The translations under genes and the position numbers were made by a program. A stretch of DNA of 50,618 nt, counting the filler, from Jimgerdemannia flammicorona (Eukaryota), in the NCBI GenBank assembly GCA_003990765.1. It is 2 parts of 2 records of this genome, joined end to end, with 100 filler letters (N's around TTAATTAATTAA, not from the genome) between each part and the next. Parts side by side here need not be neighbours in the genome. Positions count along the whole stretch, not along the records: positions 25,365 to 50,618 come from RBNJ01000861.1; 1 more part is not named here. One strand, given 5' to 3'. The notes below the pieces were generated by a model. The model was not told where the DNA came from. It was given only the letters and a program-made list of their open reading frames with translations, and ran no database searches. Below are positions 37,990-50,618 of this stretch, in pieces. Within the stretch, counting starts at the first letter, position 1. Each line of letters opens with the position of its first letter.

Positions 37990-39793
37990 ATGGCAAAGGT
38001 AATACTTTCAAAACTTTCTCCGACAACTTCACACATACCTACTCACACCTTCATTCTCCGCATCCCACCAGCTCATCGGAACCCACAGCGGCCACTTCCA
38101 CTGGTAAGCACGCCTAAGAGCCAAGGTAGAGGCTTTAGTTTACTGCAGCACTGCGCCGACGCTCTTCTTAACACTCGCCCCTTGGAAACTCCCTTCGTAT
38201 ATCCTAGCGACGAAGTTCTGGCGGTCTACATGCTCCGTCAGACTGCGGCCTTCAAGGATGCCGCGCTCGTGCGCTCGCGCGACGCCGCCAAGCTCGCAGT
38301 GTGCGATGTCGTCGTCGACGTGGGCGGGGTGTACGACGTCGAGAAGTTCCGGTTCGATCATCATCAGGTGCGGGCGGGTGGGGCCGATGTGGGTAGGCGC
38401 GCCTCATTTCCTACTGTTGAGGTGCCTAAATACCTTCCATTTTATTTTATTTTGGCTCACATGTTGCGCAGAGGGGCTTCTTCGAGACCTTCAGCGACAA
38501 ACACAAGACCAAGCTGAGCAGCGCAGGGCTTGTTTACAAGTGAGTCCTATTTTTATTCTTTCATGATGCGCAATAGATGTATTCTGAAATCGGCGTATTC
38601 TCTTCATTCTTCATAAAAGGCATTTTGGGAAGGAAATCATTGCCTCCGAGCTTGATTTGAAGCAGGAAGACAAGGATGTCGATACCCTTTACGTCAAAGT
38701 GTACGACGTGAGTCTGGACCCTTATAGTATTCATAGCCTTTGAAAGATTAGAAAACATATTCGTTTTCTCAAGTTCCACTTTGCAGAATCTCATCTAACA
38801 AATTTCCATCCAAAGGACTTCATCGAGGCCCTCGATGGCACGGACAACGGTATCAACCAGTACCCGCTGGAGCTGACGCCCGCCTATAAGGATAGCACGA
38901 ACCTGCATTCGCGCGTCGGGAGACTGAACCCATGGTGGAACCAGAAGGTCACAGATACCGAAAGAGACGTAAGCGGCTTCACCTTGCTTCATCTTCCCAG
39001 ATTCTCTATAACAACCCTCACTTCATTCCCCTACAACTCCAGTCCCGCTTTCAAGAAGTGACCCTCTTGGCGGGCAATGAGCTCACCTCACGTATCAGGT
39101 TCCTCGGCCTCTCCTGGCTACCTGCCCGCTCGATCGTCTCCTCCGCCTTCGACACCTCTGACCTGCTCTCGCGCGTCGTCGTCCTAGAGCAGCCCTGTCC
39201 CTGGAGCGAGCACCTGCTGGACGTGGAGCGCGAGCGTGGCATCACCGAGGAGCGGAACATACTCTACGTGCTGTACCCAGACGACAGCAACGATTCGTGG
39301 AGGATCCAGTGCGTCGGGAAGAAGGCAGGGGGGTTCGATAATAGGAAGTCGTTGCCGGAGAGGTGAGGTGTGGTGTTGGGGGAAGGGAAGGGAGGACGAT
39401 GCTTTGAATTTATTTAGTGTTTGATGCAGCGTACTGATTTCATCGTGCTTGCGCGCGACAGCTGGAGAGGCCTTCGCGACGACGAGCTGAGCGAGATCTC
39501 TAAGATTCCGGGGTGCGTGTTCGTGCACGCTGGCGGGTGAGTGTCGTTGTTTATGGCGCGTCGTTCCTCTCGTTCGTCGGAAAATAGTCTCATTTGTTCT
39601 ACATTTATGATTTTCACTAAGCTTCATTGGAGGTACGGTTCACGAGATTTCCAGAATACACTATTGCTCGCTGTTTCGTTTCTCGTGCCTTGATTTGACG
39701 AATCATGCCCTTGTTCCATCGTGATATGCTACAGGTAACAAGACCAAGGATGGGGCGATGGAGATGGCCAGAAAGGCTGTTGAGTGGGAGTAA
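37990..39793 (+). CDS. MYG1: MYG1 family (UPF0160) exonuclease (multi-exon)
   Basis: MAK|LIGTHSGHFHC|DEVLA, VVDVGGVYD...FDHHQ, TKLSSAGLVY, ALDGTDNGI, WRIQCV, RKSLPE|WRGLRD, CVFVHAGG|FIG. Confidence 0.93.
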
Positions 39794-40180
39794 TTTCCCT
39801 CGTTTAAAAATAGCCATTCACTGGTCAAATAAGATCTGCTTGGTCTGTGATTTCCTAATCATCAAAATAAACGTAATGTTGAGCTAGTGATCGGTAACTC
39901 GATCTAAATGGTTGCCCTATCCTTGACACATCAAACTATATTTTCTCCTTCTTTCCTCCTTTCTCTGGAACATTAAAATCAACGGCATACACCATCCGTC
40001 AATCGAGTGTCGCTCGCGTTCGAACCCCAATGCGCTACCGTCCATTCTATAACTGTAAAAGCCGGACGGGCATGCGAACTATATACATGGAAACTAGAGC
40101 GTGTGTCCCAAAACTACCCCACATAGTCCACAACTATTCTCCTAACCTCAACCAATCATGTCGCTCGAAACTGAAACCCA

Positions 40181-41873
40181 TCACGAGAATCCTCTCCACA
40201 GCCCCCTTCCCAACGGCGCCGCGGGTACTTCCGACTCTGGCTCCTCCTCTTCCTCGTCGTCGTCTTCCCAATCCGCGCCGCCCATCCCCGCGCCCATCCG
40301 CTCGCGCTCGCGCACCATCTCGCGCTCCCGCTCAGCCTCCCACTCGTCCTCGTCGTCGTCGTCCAGCAGCTTGGACAAGTCCTGGTAGAGCACGGCGTTG
40401 ACGACCCCGATGGGGATATCCTGCAGCTCCGGGATGAAGTCCTCAGAGATATGTGCGTTGTGCGCGAGGTTACTGACGATGTTGGCGTGCTCATCTGGAA
40501 ATGTGACGTATGCGTAAGGAGGAGAATCGGGTATTCATCAGGCGATCTGGTAAAAGCCAATGACCGAAACGGTCAATGGCCAGCTACATACCGGTGATGG
40601 CCGTGAAAGAATCGAACGGCGCCGTGTTCATCATGCTGAGGGCAATGAAGGTAACGAAGCCGAAGAGGATAAGCATGAAGGTCCAAACAGGTACCGCAAG
40701 TGCCCAGTATCTACATGGCTCAAAGAGGACGAGATCATACTTGGAGTGAGCGTCAGAATGACGAGCACAAGATCCCCCCTCCCTCGATTGGACGACGTGC
40801 ATACCTGCTCGGATAGTAAGTAATCCCGAGGCTTCTGAGAATCTCATCAGGGAGGAAAGCCCACAGTAGATATATTCCTGTACCAAAGAAGCGCGCTATA
40901 TAACCGATGCCTACGATATAATGAACGATCAAACAGCTTTCTCTCCACTCGCGCATCCGAGGGACGAGGATACCCACCGAACGCCAGGAATGACCCTAGA
41001 TACAGCACAAACCCGTAGTACTCGTAGGTTGGCGTCTTTGTCAACGTCGTCGGGGATGTATCTCGATAAAAATAGTCTGAGTCTCTGATAAATAGGGAGG
41101 TGTGGATCCATTGTAGACAAGAATCGATATATGGTTGGTGACCTGGCTCAGGGTAGATCAAAATGTCGCATTTTCTCTGCGTATACACAAGATTCATTCT
41201 CTTCAACCAATCTTCTAAATACATGCCCTGTCAACGAACGTCTCCGGACGTGGTAACGCAAGCCAGATCGTATATTCGTAGAACTGGAGGCCCCGCTGTC
41301 AGTAGGTCCCTTGGAGGAGAGGAAACTGTTGAAGGACGCGGTTCGTTTAATGCTAGTGGAAATAATTTCAGGATCATAAGAGCCAGATCAATTTCGTGCA
41401 GACTTCCAAGATCTCGTCAAGGTTCTCCCCTAGACCTACGCAGTACTCGTCCTAGACGTCCACAGCCCGCTACTACTCGGCATGGGCGACGGCATGCGCT
41501 GTAGTTCGAAGTAATTGGGCCCGTGCCACTCGATCGATCCAGATCCGGTCGACCTCGTCGGCGGCGCGAGGCCAACACCGGAGCTCGACGTCGCGTCCTG
41601 CCCAGCAGACGCGAGCTGGCTGTGGAAGCTCAGCGGGCGCGGCCGACTTCGCAAGGGTTTGGGCGAGGGAAGCTGGACGCCGGCGGAGGGGAGGTTTGGA
41701 GAGGCCGAGCGAGGCGGCGGGGTGGCCACGGGCGGGGGTGAGGAGGAGAGGAGGTGGGTATGGTGAGGAAGGGCGCGAGTAGGCACCGGGGCGACCAACA
41801 GGGGTTGCTGCTGGGGTGTTCGCGGACGGCGGTGGTATAGGTCTTTGTGCTGATGCGGTAAATGGTGGTCCAT
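40181..41873 (-). CDS. GPI19: GPI-GlcNAc transferase subunit PIG-P/Gpi19 with long low-complexity N-terminus (5' exons tentative)
   Basis: TPTYEYYGFVLYL, YLLWAFLPDEILRSLGITYYPSR|YWALAVP, NTAPFDSF.AITDE, IPELQDIPIGVVNAVLY. Confidence 0.85.
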
Positions 41874-42149
41874 TATTTTGCGAATGCGGATGGAAGAGAC
41901 GTCTCAACTGGGTTTATGTCACGTGAGAGTATCTCTAAGCCTCCTTTTTAAGGCTGCAGTTTGAGTCGGAAGGTTAGCATTTTGGTGATAAAAATGACTT
42001 TGTTTTTTGTTTTTTGTTTTTTTTTAAACGGATAAAAATGACTTTGTAAATTGATGCTTAAATGCAGCAATACATTATAAGCAAAGATCTCTGGTATCTC
42101 ATTTTTGTTCACTGTTATATAATTATAGAGCAATAAATCAGATATTATT

Positions 42150-42460
42150 AGTAATATTGATTTAGTATTTAAATTTGATCTCAATTTGATTCAAATTGTC
42201 AAAATTAAATATCAAATTTTGAAATGCAATAACTTAACTAAAATATATCTAAATCAGATTATTTTTATTATATTAGATTTCTCTAAATAAGATAAATCTA
42301 ATAAGCTAAAATTTATCAAATTTGGATATATTTTTATTAAGTTATTGAATTTTGAAAATTAAGATTATAAACTTCAATTTGATTTAAATCTAATTTAAAT
42401 TGAAAAATTCTCAATTTAATTTAATTTGAATTAATTTGATTTATTTAAAAGTATTAGTAT
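42150..42460. repeat. AT-rich imperfect palindrome (MITE-like foldback)
   Basis: caataacttaactaaaatatatctaaat (~42227-42254) is the near reverse complement of atttggatatattttt-attaagttattg (~42320-42347). Confidence 0.5.
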
Positions 42461-44221
42461 TAATATATATATTTTAAACTATATATATATATAATATATA
42501 TTTTTAGATATATATAAAGAATTACTCTCAATAGATATTTTTCAATATTATAGTTTAATACTTAGTATATTCTGGAAGATTAAAATTCAGAAATACTGAT
42601 AAATACTGGATTATCCAAGTAGTTATATTATTAGAAAATATAGAATAATTTTTATAAAATACTAGCTATTTTCTCTTTTATTATAAATAAGAATATATTA
42701 TATTTAAAGATTATAATAATATATTTTAATTTAATATATGATTCTATATACTTTTATTTTATAAGTAAAAAATCAGAGAGATTAGAATCTAAAAGATTGA
42801 AAAGTTTAGAAGAACTATAAGAAATATAGATAATATATATTTTACTATTAATTATAAACTATTTATATAGTTTAAAAAAGACTTTCTATTATTTTTATAA
42901 GTACACAACTCTAAGCCACTAAAATCACATATCATTCTCTGAATAAGCCACTGAAATCACACATGATCTCTGAATAAATCTGGAAATTATATATAAGATC
43001 ACAAAGCTGAGTCAAACCAAAGTCACAATATATAAAGCTGAGTCAACTCAAAGTTACAGAATATAAAATTAATACAAATAGAATCTTACTAATTAGAACT
43101 AAATGTATATATATTAAGTACTCAGATATATCAAAACAGAGAACTATAACAAACTAAATAAATAATCTCAACTTTTAAATATATATATAAACATGACCAC
43201 TAAGATCTATAATTACATCTATGCTGATATTTGGAATATCATTATCAACCAAGTTACATCCCCTCTGCCTCTTATGAATATCTATAGTCTAGCACTCCTT
43301 TACTTCATGAAAGCCTGATAGAATGTCCTAAACATGCTCAGTAAAGCCCACCAAATTAGATAAATCTCAAGCTACTATTAAATTAGCCATCTTCTAGAAG
43401 ATATAGTTGAATACTACTATGATATAGATATTACTCAGATGTCTCAATATCAGAAACTCATCACATATAAATACTGAGAACTCTTCTATAAGTATAGTAC
43501 CTTTATTTCCTATCTCTGAGTTACTACTACTGAAATAGTTGCTACTCTGTCTTATAGCCAAATTGATGATATGATACAAGAACTCAACTACAAGTATATC
43601 AAGTATATTCAAACTACAGACAAACCTTCCTGTACTCTAATAATCATATTCTACAAATGCTCCAAGTTGGATATACTATAAAGAATATCTACAATATAAT
43701 TTGGTTTGATGATAATAAAGTAGAATATAATAATCCCTCTGATACTGATATAATCTCAAGCCAAAGATCTCTGCCAACTCTGATCACTCCACCAATCTTA
43801 CTAATAAACTTACAATAGTTCATAAACACCTATGAGACCTATTGGAATAATGACTACTGATATGAGTACCAACCTGCATTTATCTCTAATTACTTCAACT
43901 ATAATAAAGAGATCAGAGAATATAACTTATACCTCTAGACAACTCTCAAGATTGAACCAACAATACCACTGTCTGAATATGAGTAATATGAAGTATAACT
44001 GCCAGTATACTATAACTCTATAACTCATAGTGCTGTAACTTATAGAAGATATATAGACAGTGAATTCAAGGAAAGCAAAGATGATACATCCCTTCTTCAT
44101 CTACCAACTCTATATCCAGCATATGAGACAGATGATGCTATCCTGTGAAATAGTGATGAGGTTTCAATATATTTTATCTGAGTAAACAAGGAGAAGTAAT
44201 CTGAGAACTGAAGTTTTCAGT

Positions 44222-45679
44222 CATCTTTCTCCAATAACATTCAGATTACACAACCTTCTGACAACACTTATGATATAGTTTTTAGAGAAACAATATTAGT
44301 AACATAGTAAGTAATGAGTATTCTGAGATATATACTAGATAGGGGGGCCTAAGTATATTCAACTGGCAATATGTAAAGAGAGGCCCTGACTTGGAGGGAA
44401 GTATGAGAGGCCTATTAGCAGGAGAATATATGTAGAAGGAGAGGGAGTAGTATTGGAGAATAGGAAATTAGGAGAGTAAGCTTTATGGATACAGTGAAGG
44501 AGAGATGGCTGACAACTGGACTGAAGAGCTAACTGAGGAGGGGTAAGGAGGCAGTGAAGACTGTTGAGTAGCAGTGGCAGAGGGGAGTCTCTCTGAGAGG
44601 TCAGAGCAGTAGAGCTGGTAGTGTAGTGGCTGATGAGATAACTGCTAATAGGAGCATGACAGATAATCTGGAAAAAAATCTAGATAGGACTACTAATGGT
44701 GGACTGTATTGTGGGAAGGGTATGAGGCCTAGTGACCTGGCTGATGGTGTAATGGGCCTAGCAGTGACCCCATTACTCAAGAAGTTGATCTTGGAGTTTG
44801 TAGTTATCTTGTATTTCCAGGGCTTAGTAGTAACAGCAAAGATAGTTTTAGGACTGATTGCTAAGCAGATAAATAGTGTAGTATCTGTTAAGTTCCTGAG
44901 GAATCTGGAAGGGGTAGAGATGGACTTTGAGAAGGCAGAGCTATTGGAGGAGATGCTGAAGGCTGGATTGATAGTTGGAGAGATATGTGTTCCAATAGCA
45001 TACTGCTTAAGATGGGACTCCAGAGTGATATAGCTTCTGATGAAAGGAGTTTCTATGGTAACTACTGTAAAGATGAGGAGGAGAGTTGAGAAAGTCATGG
45101 CTGAGTATAGGAAGATGGTTGATATAGGGTTCAGGGTCTGGGAAGAGACCTTTTTCTAAACAGGAAATATTGATATCCAGATTTGGTTAGCAGGGAGAGA
45201 GGCTGGGAAGACTTGCAATTGGTCTTCAGTAATGATGTGGAGAGCCTTTGTATATAAAGTGATGAGGGTAAAGAGGAGTGAGGAGGAGGAAGAGGACCTG
45301 TTAGAGGTATTGGAGGAGCTGAGTGATATAGTGGAGTAGAGAGTAAAGGCTTAGAAGGTATATGTGGAGTCAATATACTTGGAGATTATTGATAAAAAGT
45401 ATATCTGCATTGATAAGAGGATGTGAGAGAGGTCTCAAGAATGCAAGCAGTAGAGGGAGTTGCTGGCAAAACTAAAGGGAGAGACAAAGAGAGCTGCTGG
45501 TAGTGGTGAGGATACTGGAGGAGTCAAAGTAAGTATCTGGGCCAGCAGAAGTGGAGAGAATGTGGAAGTGGGTCCAGAGGAGGCCAGAAAGGCACTGAGT
45601 GAGGACCTATATAAGGATGGTACATTTGAAGTTTGGGAGGATACTCCTCCTCCTCTTATCAGGCAGAGACCAGCTGTGG
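44222..45679 (+). mobile_element. Degenerate LINE, 5' UTR and part of ORF1, interrupted by the next LINE
   Basis: CATCTTTCTCCAATAACATTCAGATTACACAA 5' end; DLADGVMGL...PLLKKL, YCLRWDSRVI. Confidence 0.88.
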
Positions 45680-48600
45680 TACTTTCTCTGATACTATTCA
45701 GGTTACACAACCTTTGAAAAGTACTTACAATATCATTTTTGGAGTAAAGAGACTAGCAACATGGAGACTGACAGGCAATCTAAGATATATACTGGGCAGG
45801 GTGGCCTGAGTATATTTGACTGATAGTATATAGGGAGGAGCCCTTATCTAGGGAGAAATATGAGAGGTCTGCTAGCAGGAGGATATGAAAGAGGAGGAAG
45901 CAGTAGTAAAGGACAGGGGTCAGGAAGGGTGAGCTTTACAGAGATGATGAAGAAGAGACAGCAGGCATCTGGACTGAAGAGCTGATTGAGAAAAGGCAAG
46001 GAGATGAAGAAGGTAGCAATATATAGAAGAGTAGTCCTTGGCAGTAGAGACAGTAGAGCTGAGGGTGTAATGGCTGGGGTGAATGTGATGGCTGATAGCA
46101 ACAGAACTACCAATTTGAAAAAAAATCCAGATATGACTGCTGATAGTGGGGCTGAGAGGATGGGGCTTAGATGGCAGGAGAATTTAGCAGATAGTGTAAT
46201 AGACTTGGCAGTGGCCCTGTTACTTAAGAAGTTGATCTTGGAGTTCATGGTTACTTTGTGCTTCTGAGGCCTAGCAGTGACAGCAAAAATGATACTGGGG
46301 CTAATTACTAAGCAGGTGGCTGGAGCAGTATCAGTGAAGTTTCTGAAGAGATTGAAGAGAGTAGAGGTGGGCTTTGAGGAGACTAGGCCTTTGGAGAAGG
46401 TGCTGAAGGCTAGACTGACTATTGGAGAGGTATGTATTCTGATAGTATATTGCCTGAGATGGGACCCCAGGGTGGTGCAACTGCTGGTGAAAGGAGTGCC
46501 CACAGTGATGATGGTGGAGATGAGAAGGAGAGTCGAGGAGGTCATGGCTGAGTATAGGGAGGTGGTGGATGTTGGATTCAGAGTCTAGGAAGGGACCTCA
46601 TTCAGGACTGGGGATATTGATATCAGGATTCAGTTAGCAGAGAAGGAAGCTACTGGGAAGGCAAGGGACTGGCCTTTAGTGATGGTCTGGGGGGCAATTT
46701 TGTACAAGGTAATGAGGGTAAAGGGGAGTGAGGAGGAGGAAGAGGACTCATTAGAAGCATTAGAAGAGCTGAGTGGTACAGTAGAGTAGTGGGCAAAGGC
46801 TTGGAAGGCTTTTATAAAGTTGACACATTTGGAGGTGATGGATGGGAAGCAGATTCGAGTAGACAAGAGACAGTGGGAAAGAGTCCAGAGATATAAGAGG
46901 CAGAAGGAGCTGCTGGCTAAACTGGAGGGTAGACCACAGAAGGATGTGGGTGGAATTGAGGAGGCAGGGGGTATCAAAGCAAGTATCTGGGCTGGTGAGG
47001 GTGGAGGGATTGGGGGAAAGGAGACAGGAGAGGACAGGGAGGTAACTGATAATGACCCATATACAGATAGTACATTTGAGGTCTGGGAGGAGGCCTGGGA
47101 GGACTTATCTACTCCTACCCCTCTTATCAGATAAGGTCTGGCTTCTCGAAGCAGAGTGGTAGAGAATGTGCCCATGTGGGGGGCCCAGTGAGTACAATTT
47201 GGAGTTCTGGAGATGGTGAAAGGGTAACAAGTGATAGTAGTTAGAGAGGAGGAACTGGTGGATGTCCCAGAGGTATGAGATGAGTCTGTGAGTGCAGGGG
47301 CTGATACCACAATACTAGATAGAGAGAGGCCAGTGACTCTAGGTGAGAAGGAGGTGGGGAACCTACTTTAGATATATAAGATAATAAATAACTTGGCAGC
47401 TGAAGAGTTGGGAGAGGTGGACCTTAGAGTGATGAGCAATGAGCATTAGGCACAGATCCTACAAGAAGATGGAGTGGTGGTGGCATTGAAGGTGTAAATT
47501 CTTACAGTGTATCTAGAGAAGAAAGGGTATAAGGTAGATAAGGAGAGAGAGGCAGAGCTGGCAGGTGTTGCTGGTGAGAGGGCCAACTACTGCTGAACTA
47601 AGTATCATAGATTGTAGCTCTAGCAGGGGGCCTGCCTGAAGTATATACCAGAAAAAGTTTGAGGAGAAGGTGGATGGGGAGATGAATGAGTTGTTGGCTG
47701 GATTGGAGGCTAAGAGGGCTGAAGAGGAGGAGGAGTCTGCAGAACACAATCTGGATATGGTACAGAAAGCAATAAGTATGGAGCAGTAGAGAATGAACTT
47801 GTTAATATACAATATTCTCTTATGAATAGTATAACCAATATTTTTTCTTTAAATGTGAATGGGTTACAGGGCTCTGCTTGATGTAGGAACATTTTTACTT
47901 AGCTGAAGAGATTAGAGGCTAATCTCTTCCTTTTGCAGGATATCAGGTGTGAGGATGATTTGGATAGACTAGAATGGACGAAGGAATGGGGAAGTGAGAC
48001 AGTTTGGAAGGGCAAGGTTGAGATTCTGGTCCAGAGAGGCAGAGGGGAGATACATGATATCAGGAGCTGGGGAGATAGATTGGTCTGGGGAGAGTAGATA
48101 TGTACAGGTTGGAAGCCAGTTATAGTGGGTTCTTGCTACTGCTCTGCTGTACAGAGTGAGCATGTAGATTAGATGAAGGGTCTCCAGAAGAGTGGGGTCC
48201 TTGCAGAGGCCAGAGTGGATATACTTAGTGGAGACTTCAATATGGTCCAGGATGTACTGGTGGATAGAACCAATAGAGGATGGGGAGCTGAGGGCAGGAG
48301 TGGAGGGCTGGCAGTGTAGGAGGAAGTAGAAAGGCTAAGTGCTCTAATAGATACTGGCAGGGAGTGTTGGGGTGATAGGAGAGTATATATATATTGGGCA
48401 AGGGGCCTGGAGATGAGGATTGACTGGATTTTGATAGTGAGCTGCTGAGATTTGGATGTTTGAAAGTTGCTAGAGATAGAGTAGTATCTATGGTTAGATC
48501 ATTAGGAGCTGCTAGAACAGGGACATTTTGGGGGGAGTGGGGATGAACCTAGACATTGATACCTCAATTCCTCTTTATTAGATAATAGGGTACTGTGGGA

Positions 48601-50430
48601 TAAGTGGGCTGTGGACATTCAATAGAGAGTAGAGAGCTGGAGACAGAAAGGTGCTCCAGTTGGTGTCTGGTAGATGAGGATGAAAGAGATGGCCAGGGTC
48701 TACTGGAGTGAGGCTGGCAAGGAGGCTGGGAAACAGAGGAGGCAAAGAGTGAGATGAGCTTCTGCTAGACTGACTAGACTCTTGGAAGATTGGGCAGGGC
48801 TAGTGACACTGGAGGGGAGAGAGGATTGGAGATTAATGTAGGTAAAAATGGAGGTTGGGAAACTACAACAGGTATTATAAGAAGAGGAGGAGGCTAGGGT
48901 GCAGAGTTTGGTGGCACAGCTTTATTAGCAGAGTTTGGAGAAAGGGGAAAGGCCCTCAAAGTATCTCATGAGGGTCCTTCAGGTGAGAAGAGTGAAGCAG
49001 AGGTGGGAGGGAGTGCTAGACTCTGATGGTATGCTGGTACATAGTATATAAGACATTCTTGGATTATTAAAGGAGCAATAGAGTGGTTTATGGAGTGAGG
49101 AGGAGGGTGGGGGCTAATGCTGCTGCCATTGACTGGGTATTAGAGGATTGGCACTCCCTACAGGTAGAAGAACTGGATGGCTTGATATTGCCAGTCTAAG
49201 AGAAGGAGATCTGCCAGGTTCTTACTATGACTATGCTGGACATGGCACCTGGGAAGAATGGTCTGCCCTGGGACTTCTGGAGGAAGATGGTGGGAGTTCT
49301 GGGGATACTGAGTGAGATGATGTCATTGTATAATTTGATACTACAGTCAGGGAGATGGGTGGGGGAGCAGGATCTGGGGCTGGTGATGTTGCTTTATAAG
49401 AACAAGAGAAGGAGAGTGGACTGGAAGAACTGGTGGCCAATCATGCTGCTGGATATGGACAGAAAGTTAGTGACTAAGGTGGTAGTCATAAGGCTGCAGA
49501 AGATGGCCCAACAAGTATTGAGTGTTGAACAGAGGGGTTTTGTAGGAGGCCAGCTCATTAGAGATAGCACAGCTTGGGTACATAGAGTTATTGAAGGGGC
49601 ACAAGCTTGTAGACTGGATGGGTGACTGGTCTTTCTGGATCAAGAGAAGATATATGACCAGGTGAGGTGAGTCTGATTGATAAAGGTATTGGATAGGATT
49701 GGAGTACCTCACCAGTTCTAGTTAGCAATGGTCAGCCTACTGAAAGAGAGTTGGGCTGTACTCATGTATAATGGGCATAGAGGGGTGACATTTCCCCTAG
49801 GTAGGGGTGTGCCCCAGGGGGACCCACTGTCCCTCATTCTATATACTCTTTCCCTAGAACTTCTAATGGATAAAATTAGACAGAAGATAATGGGGCTCTC
49901 TATCTTTAGAATTAGATGGAAAGTTGGTGCCTTCACAGATGATATAGTAGTTGGCCTAGAATCTATTGCCAATATAGAGGAGCTTAAGGAGACAGTGAAG
50001 TGGTATGAGGTGAACTCTGGGGCTAAACTCAATTGGCATAAGTACAAAACAATGGTGTTAGGCAATGGCCTAGTGGGAGGGGATGTCATTGGAACAATTG
50101 TCCCTGCTGAAGAGACAGTACAATACTTGGGTATCTATTTGTCAGTATATGGATTAGTCTTACTAAGACTTTGGTGGAAGCAAAGGGTTGTGATCTGGGG
50201 GGAGGCCCTGTAGAGTTGGAGAGGTCACCACTTGTCTTTAGTGAGACATGTCTCGATTTTGAATATCTACTGATTGCCAAAGTTGTGGTATCTGGCCTAT
50301 TATCTGGACTTCCCAGCCTAGATAGTGAAGAGACTGATGAAACTGGCCAAGAGGTAGATCTGGGCTAGGAGAAGGAGTCAGATCAGCTTGGAGGTCTTGT
50401 CCTTACTAGTGGCAAGAGGAGGACTTGGGC
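45680..50430 (+). mobile_element. Degenerate LINE: ORF1 ~45761-47789, ORF2 from 47822, interrupted at 50430
   Basis: Family 5' end; IFSLNVNGLQGS, GDFN, WWPIMLLDMDRK, GVPQGDPLS, AFTDD, RGGLG. Confidence 0.92.
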
Positions 50431-50441
50431 AGACACGAAAC

Positions 50442-50618
50442 CATCTCTCTCCGGTAACATTCAGGTTACACAACCCTTTGGCAACACTTTCGACACAGTT
50501 TCTGGAGAAAAGCTACTAGTATCATGGCGACCAACGAGCATCCGGAGGTGCGTACTGGGCAGGGTGGCCCTGGAGCGTTTGATTGGCAGCAAGTGGGGAG
50601 AGGCCCTGGCTTGGGGGG
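50442..50618 (+). mobile_element. 5' end of a younger LINE copy (ORF1 ATG 50524), cut by the window edge
   Basis: CATCTCTCTCCGGTAACATTCAGGTTACACAA; CpGs retained; MATNEHPEVRTGQGG. Confidence 0.88.

Overview
Intron-rich eukaryotic DNA, most likely fungal; gene style and transposon load suggest an early-diverging lineage such as Mucoromycota (inference only). There are three zones. (1) 1-28.4 kb is a nested transposon graveyard. An old Ty1/copia element (minus strand) is cut by a full-length Ty3/gypsy element (4435-18996) and three solo LTRs of the same family, and the gypsy gag is itself split by a full-length L1/Tx1-like LINE with a 13-bp TSD. More LINE copies, an assembly gap with a stop-linker and hAT-like remnants follow. 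(2) 28.5-41.9 kb is a CpG-rich gene island: Msp1/ATAD1-like AAA ATPase, SCOC/Slo1-like protein, methionyl-tRNA synthetase, MYG1 and PIG-P/Gpi19. (3) 42-50.6 kb holds AT-rich repeats and LINEs inserted into LINEs. The most notable object is the gypsy family. It carries a dUTPase between protease and RT, and its ~1.55-kb LTR contains a ~270-290-codon ORF of unrecognised function in U3, recognisable in all five LTR copies. All older repeats show C>T/G>A hypermutation that stops sharply at the gene island. Exon boundaries and decayed-repeat edges were read by eye and may be off by a few bases.
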